The position numbers were made by a program, and so were the translations under genes. The notes under the pieces were generated by a model. It searched no databases. It was not told the origin of the DNA and saw only the letters and a list, made by a program, of their open reading frames with translations. A DNA stretch of 63,072 nt, the filler included, from Reticulomyxa filosa (taxonomy: Eukaryota > Protista > Foraminifera): assembly GCA_000512085.1 (NCBI GenBank). It is 20 parts of 20 records of this genome, joined end to end, with 100 filler letters (N's around TTAATTAATTAA, not from the genome) between each part and the next. Parts side by side here need not be neighbours in the genome. Positions count along the whole stretch, not along the records: positions 56,315 to 63,072 come from ASPP01020638.1; 19 more parts are not named here. One strand, written 5' to 3'. Below are positions 60,268-63,072 of the stretch, piece after piece (position 1 is the first letter of the stretch; the number at the start of each line of letters is the position of its first letter).

Positions 60268-62050
60268 TTATCTTCCAAACCAACTTTGGTAATAATTTTG
60301 GTTATTATTTTGAGTGGTGTTGTTGTTATTGTCTTGATTCGAGTTATCTTGTTCATCATCACTCCCGTCGTCCCTGTCGTGATTGGTTTGTTCCTTCTTG
60401 TCAACACCCGAATCCTTTTCATCCTTTTTTTCATCTTTGCTATTTTGGCCAGATTGTTTGGTTTTGTTTTCCTCTAGTGATATTTTTTCAATTATCTTTT
60501 GAGCCTCTTCGTCATTGGTATCACTAAAAACGCTCATACTGGCCTTATCCATGCGATCGGATGCATCAATGAGTTTGGGTGTAGCGAGTTGGTCCTCTTT
60601 GTTCTCATTGGATTCCTTTTCATTCGTCTCTTGCAGCAAATGTGCATTATGCAGATCCGAATAGGATTTGCTGTGATCCTTGTTGGATGCAATTTCGACA
60701 AAGTCCGACGGAAAAGACACCGCTTGGTCCACACCAATTCGCGACACTCGAGCGCAGCATAGTATCTGCTCGGGCAACTCTTCGTCGGTGTGGCCCTCGA
60801 TCACGAATCCGACGTCATAAATCATACTATTGATGGTATCTTTAATGTACGAAAGACCCTTCCTGGCCGGAAACCCAAACAAATGAGCGTCGATATCTGC
60901 AGCAAAGTATTTCCCCGGTTCGTGATAAAACGTGCTCGACGTCCGTGCCAGAAAAGGTTTTCCTTTATTTGTGTATTGGATATGTTCATTTGTATGAGAG
61001 TCTTAAAAAAAAAAAAAAAAACATACGACAAAACAAAACAATGCAATTAATATTTTTTTTTTTTTTTTTACCATTGTATTGAGCAACCAAATTTTTGGTC
61101 AAAAAACTGAACCCAGCGTAATTTAAGTTCATAATGCGAGCGATACATTTGAATCGCTGTCGCAATGGCGAGTCGAGAGTGCTGTGAATAAAGTCATTAA
61201 ATAACTGTATGCTCGCCGGCAATTGTTCCAATTTCCCATCATTGAAGTTGTTTAATATTTCTCTCACTTCGTCGGACAGACGTGCATAAAACACAAGCTG
61301 ATATCCATCTCCATTGCTCTTGCCTGTTGTCATTTCTGGCGGATAATCTATCCACAGTTCATTTCAATTTTTATATATCAAGTGTCGATAGTAAAGTCAT
61401 CGAACATATAAGCCACATATGCAACATATGTGTATATAATGCTTAATATGTGTGTGTAGAATAGCAAATTAACTTGGTGTCATAACGTTGATGATAATGA
61501 TTGGAGGCAAACCCCATACCTTGGGATCATAGGGCGTTTTGTATTTTTCAATGTATGGTTTGATATCCATAAAGCGGGCAATGTGATTTATTTTCGATGG
61601 CATTTTGAACCCATCACAAGCAAACACGCTGTATAAGGCTTTATCCGACGGTTGTTTTTGTCCAGGAACGTAGTTGGGTCCCACACGAACTTCAAATGTT
61701 CTTGCATCACAATTCGACCAAGATGCATCCACGCATGTTTTTTGCACCATCTGTTTTCATTTGTCCATATGTCGTTCATCATTTTTTTTTTTTTTTTTTT
61801 TATAATGTTTGATCGAATTCAATTAATGCAAAAACATCTCAACATAAAAAAAAAAAGTAAAAAAACAAATCCGATTAAATAAATCACTTCTCTTTTTCTC
61901 TCTATCTCTCTCTCCCTCCCTTTTTCTAACTTCTTCATCCATATAAAACGTTTCCATTTCTAAATGAGGCAGAGATCCTGGCTTTAACAACTTTTTTTGG
62001 TATGAAGACTCAGTAAGCAGTGTTTTCACGTCGTTCTGATCCTGGGCCAT
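60268..62050 (-). CDS. EDR2 C-terminal (DUF1336) domain protein (about 4 exons)
   Basis: SWSNCDARTFEVRVGPNY...KQPS, KINHIA, RFKCIARIMN, YNGKPFL...YFAADIDAHLFG...DVGFVIEGHTDEELPEQILCC, followed by an acidic/Asn-rich tail. Confidence 0.88.
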
Positions 62051-63072
62051 TTGAAAAGAAGTTTGTTTTGATAATGAGCTTAATCTATTTTGCTGTTCAA
62101 AAGCCAATATCGACGAAAAAATAATCAATGAAATTTCAAAGAAAACCTTTTTTAAAAACAAAAACACACAAACCCCCACTCTATTTATTCAAGTAATCAC
62201 TTCAAACAAGGTTTTGTAAGAAACTTTACATTTTGATGATCATTTGTGCATCTATCTTATTACTTCCTTTTCAACAAGAATAGATAACCTACGAAAATTC
62301 GCAGGCTTAGCTAACATTGTAGACAAAGTTTTTTGTGAGGTTCGTGATTCTTATAGGGTCAGTGTCACACATTTTTTAAAATGCAAATACGTTTCACATA
62401 TTTTCTTGCTTTGTGTTGATGACAATTCTTATTCAAGTATAACGATTGTGAATAGAAAAGCTTGCTGCTGTAGTGAAAAAGAAAACTTGCAAAAAGCACG
62501 GGAGTTGCCTTCTTCAAACTTTGGTTTGGCAATCATTCTGAAACTCAATTAAAGATGTCAAAGCGAGGAAAAGGCCCAAAACAGCAATCCAAGCGGGTAA
62601 GTGACAATATTTGCTCACAAGGAAGTAAAGAAAAATAACAAACGTGTACTTGCACCTTTTGTCAGGAGGAACATGATCAGAGTTCGACCACCGTAGAAGT
62701 AAATACAGGGCCTGTAGTGTTGAGCAAAAAATTCCAAGAGATCTTTGATAAGCGCATGCTAGTTAGTAAAAGGATTGTTTTTCCTTTTGTTGGATTTTTT
62801 TCTCCTTTCATTCTCAGCGACACAAGGAGAACAGTATGGCCCCCCAAAAAAAAAAAAAATATATATTGAAATAATAGCCTGCCTATGAAAAAGAGAAATT
62901 TGAGGAAGCAATTCGAGAAGCGGACATAATCTTGAAGGAGTTCCCAACGCATGCAGGTTGGTGGTTGTATGTTCAAACAAGTGCAAAGAAAAATAAACCG
63001 CGCACCACACGTGGTTTCGCAACACATTTGGTATTTTTGATAACGTGATTTTTGATTTTTTTTTTTTTTTTT

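Noticed and set aside
50809-62050. START + DUF1336 as a split plant-type EDR2 locus
   Set aside because: The two genes lie on different contigs separated by a linker, so proximity is arbitrary.
62550-63030. Possible minus-strand membrane-protein exons at the window end
   Set aside because: No consistent frame or family motif could be established.

Overview
This window is not one contiguous locus. It is 20 short AT-rich eukaryotic contigs joined by 19 identical 100-bp artificial linkers (44 N + TTAATTAATTAA + 44 N), so adjacency across a linker has no biological meaning. Short GT-AG introns full of A/T runs, poly-Asn/Thr/Ser tracts, HEAT/TPR/G-alpha/HSPA12 content and many decayed gene copies point to a protist; the style resembles the foraminiferan Reticulomyxa filosa (inference, not verified). 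Recognisable genes or fragments: CHERP-like SURP+CID protein, decayed casein kinase 1, MGRN1/LOG2-like E3 ligase, a scrambled cluster of RNase H-bearing LINEs, TPR protein, four-domain Na+/Ca2+ channel (DIII-DIV), PKG-like fragment, a 7-TM protein resembling DUF3537/gustatory-receptor-like ion channels, an OB-fold+CCCH+methyltransferase protein, PP1 catalytic subunit, YAK1/DYRK kinase, a frameshifted PTYSPT-repeat surface protein, G-alpha, a 4-TM protein, HEAT-repeat protein, HSPA12-like Hsp70, coiled-coil proteins, a multi-START protein, an APC/PUT-type transporter, a Cdc123/R2K ATP-grasp protein with a CaaX box, and an EDR2_C (DUF1336) protein. The best leads are the chemoreceptor-like 7-TM channel, the Ser at the channel's domain III filter, the predicted lipid-anchored ATP-grasp ligase, the OB-CCCH-methyltransferase and the A-tract 3' splice sites. 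All family calls come from motif recognition by eye; no searches were run.
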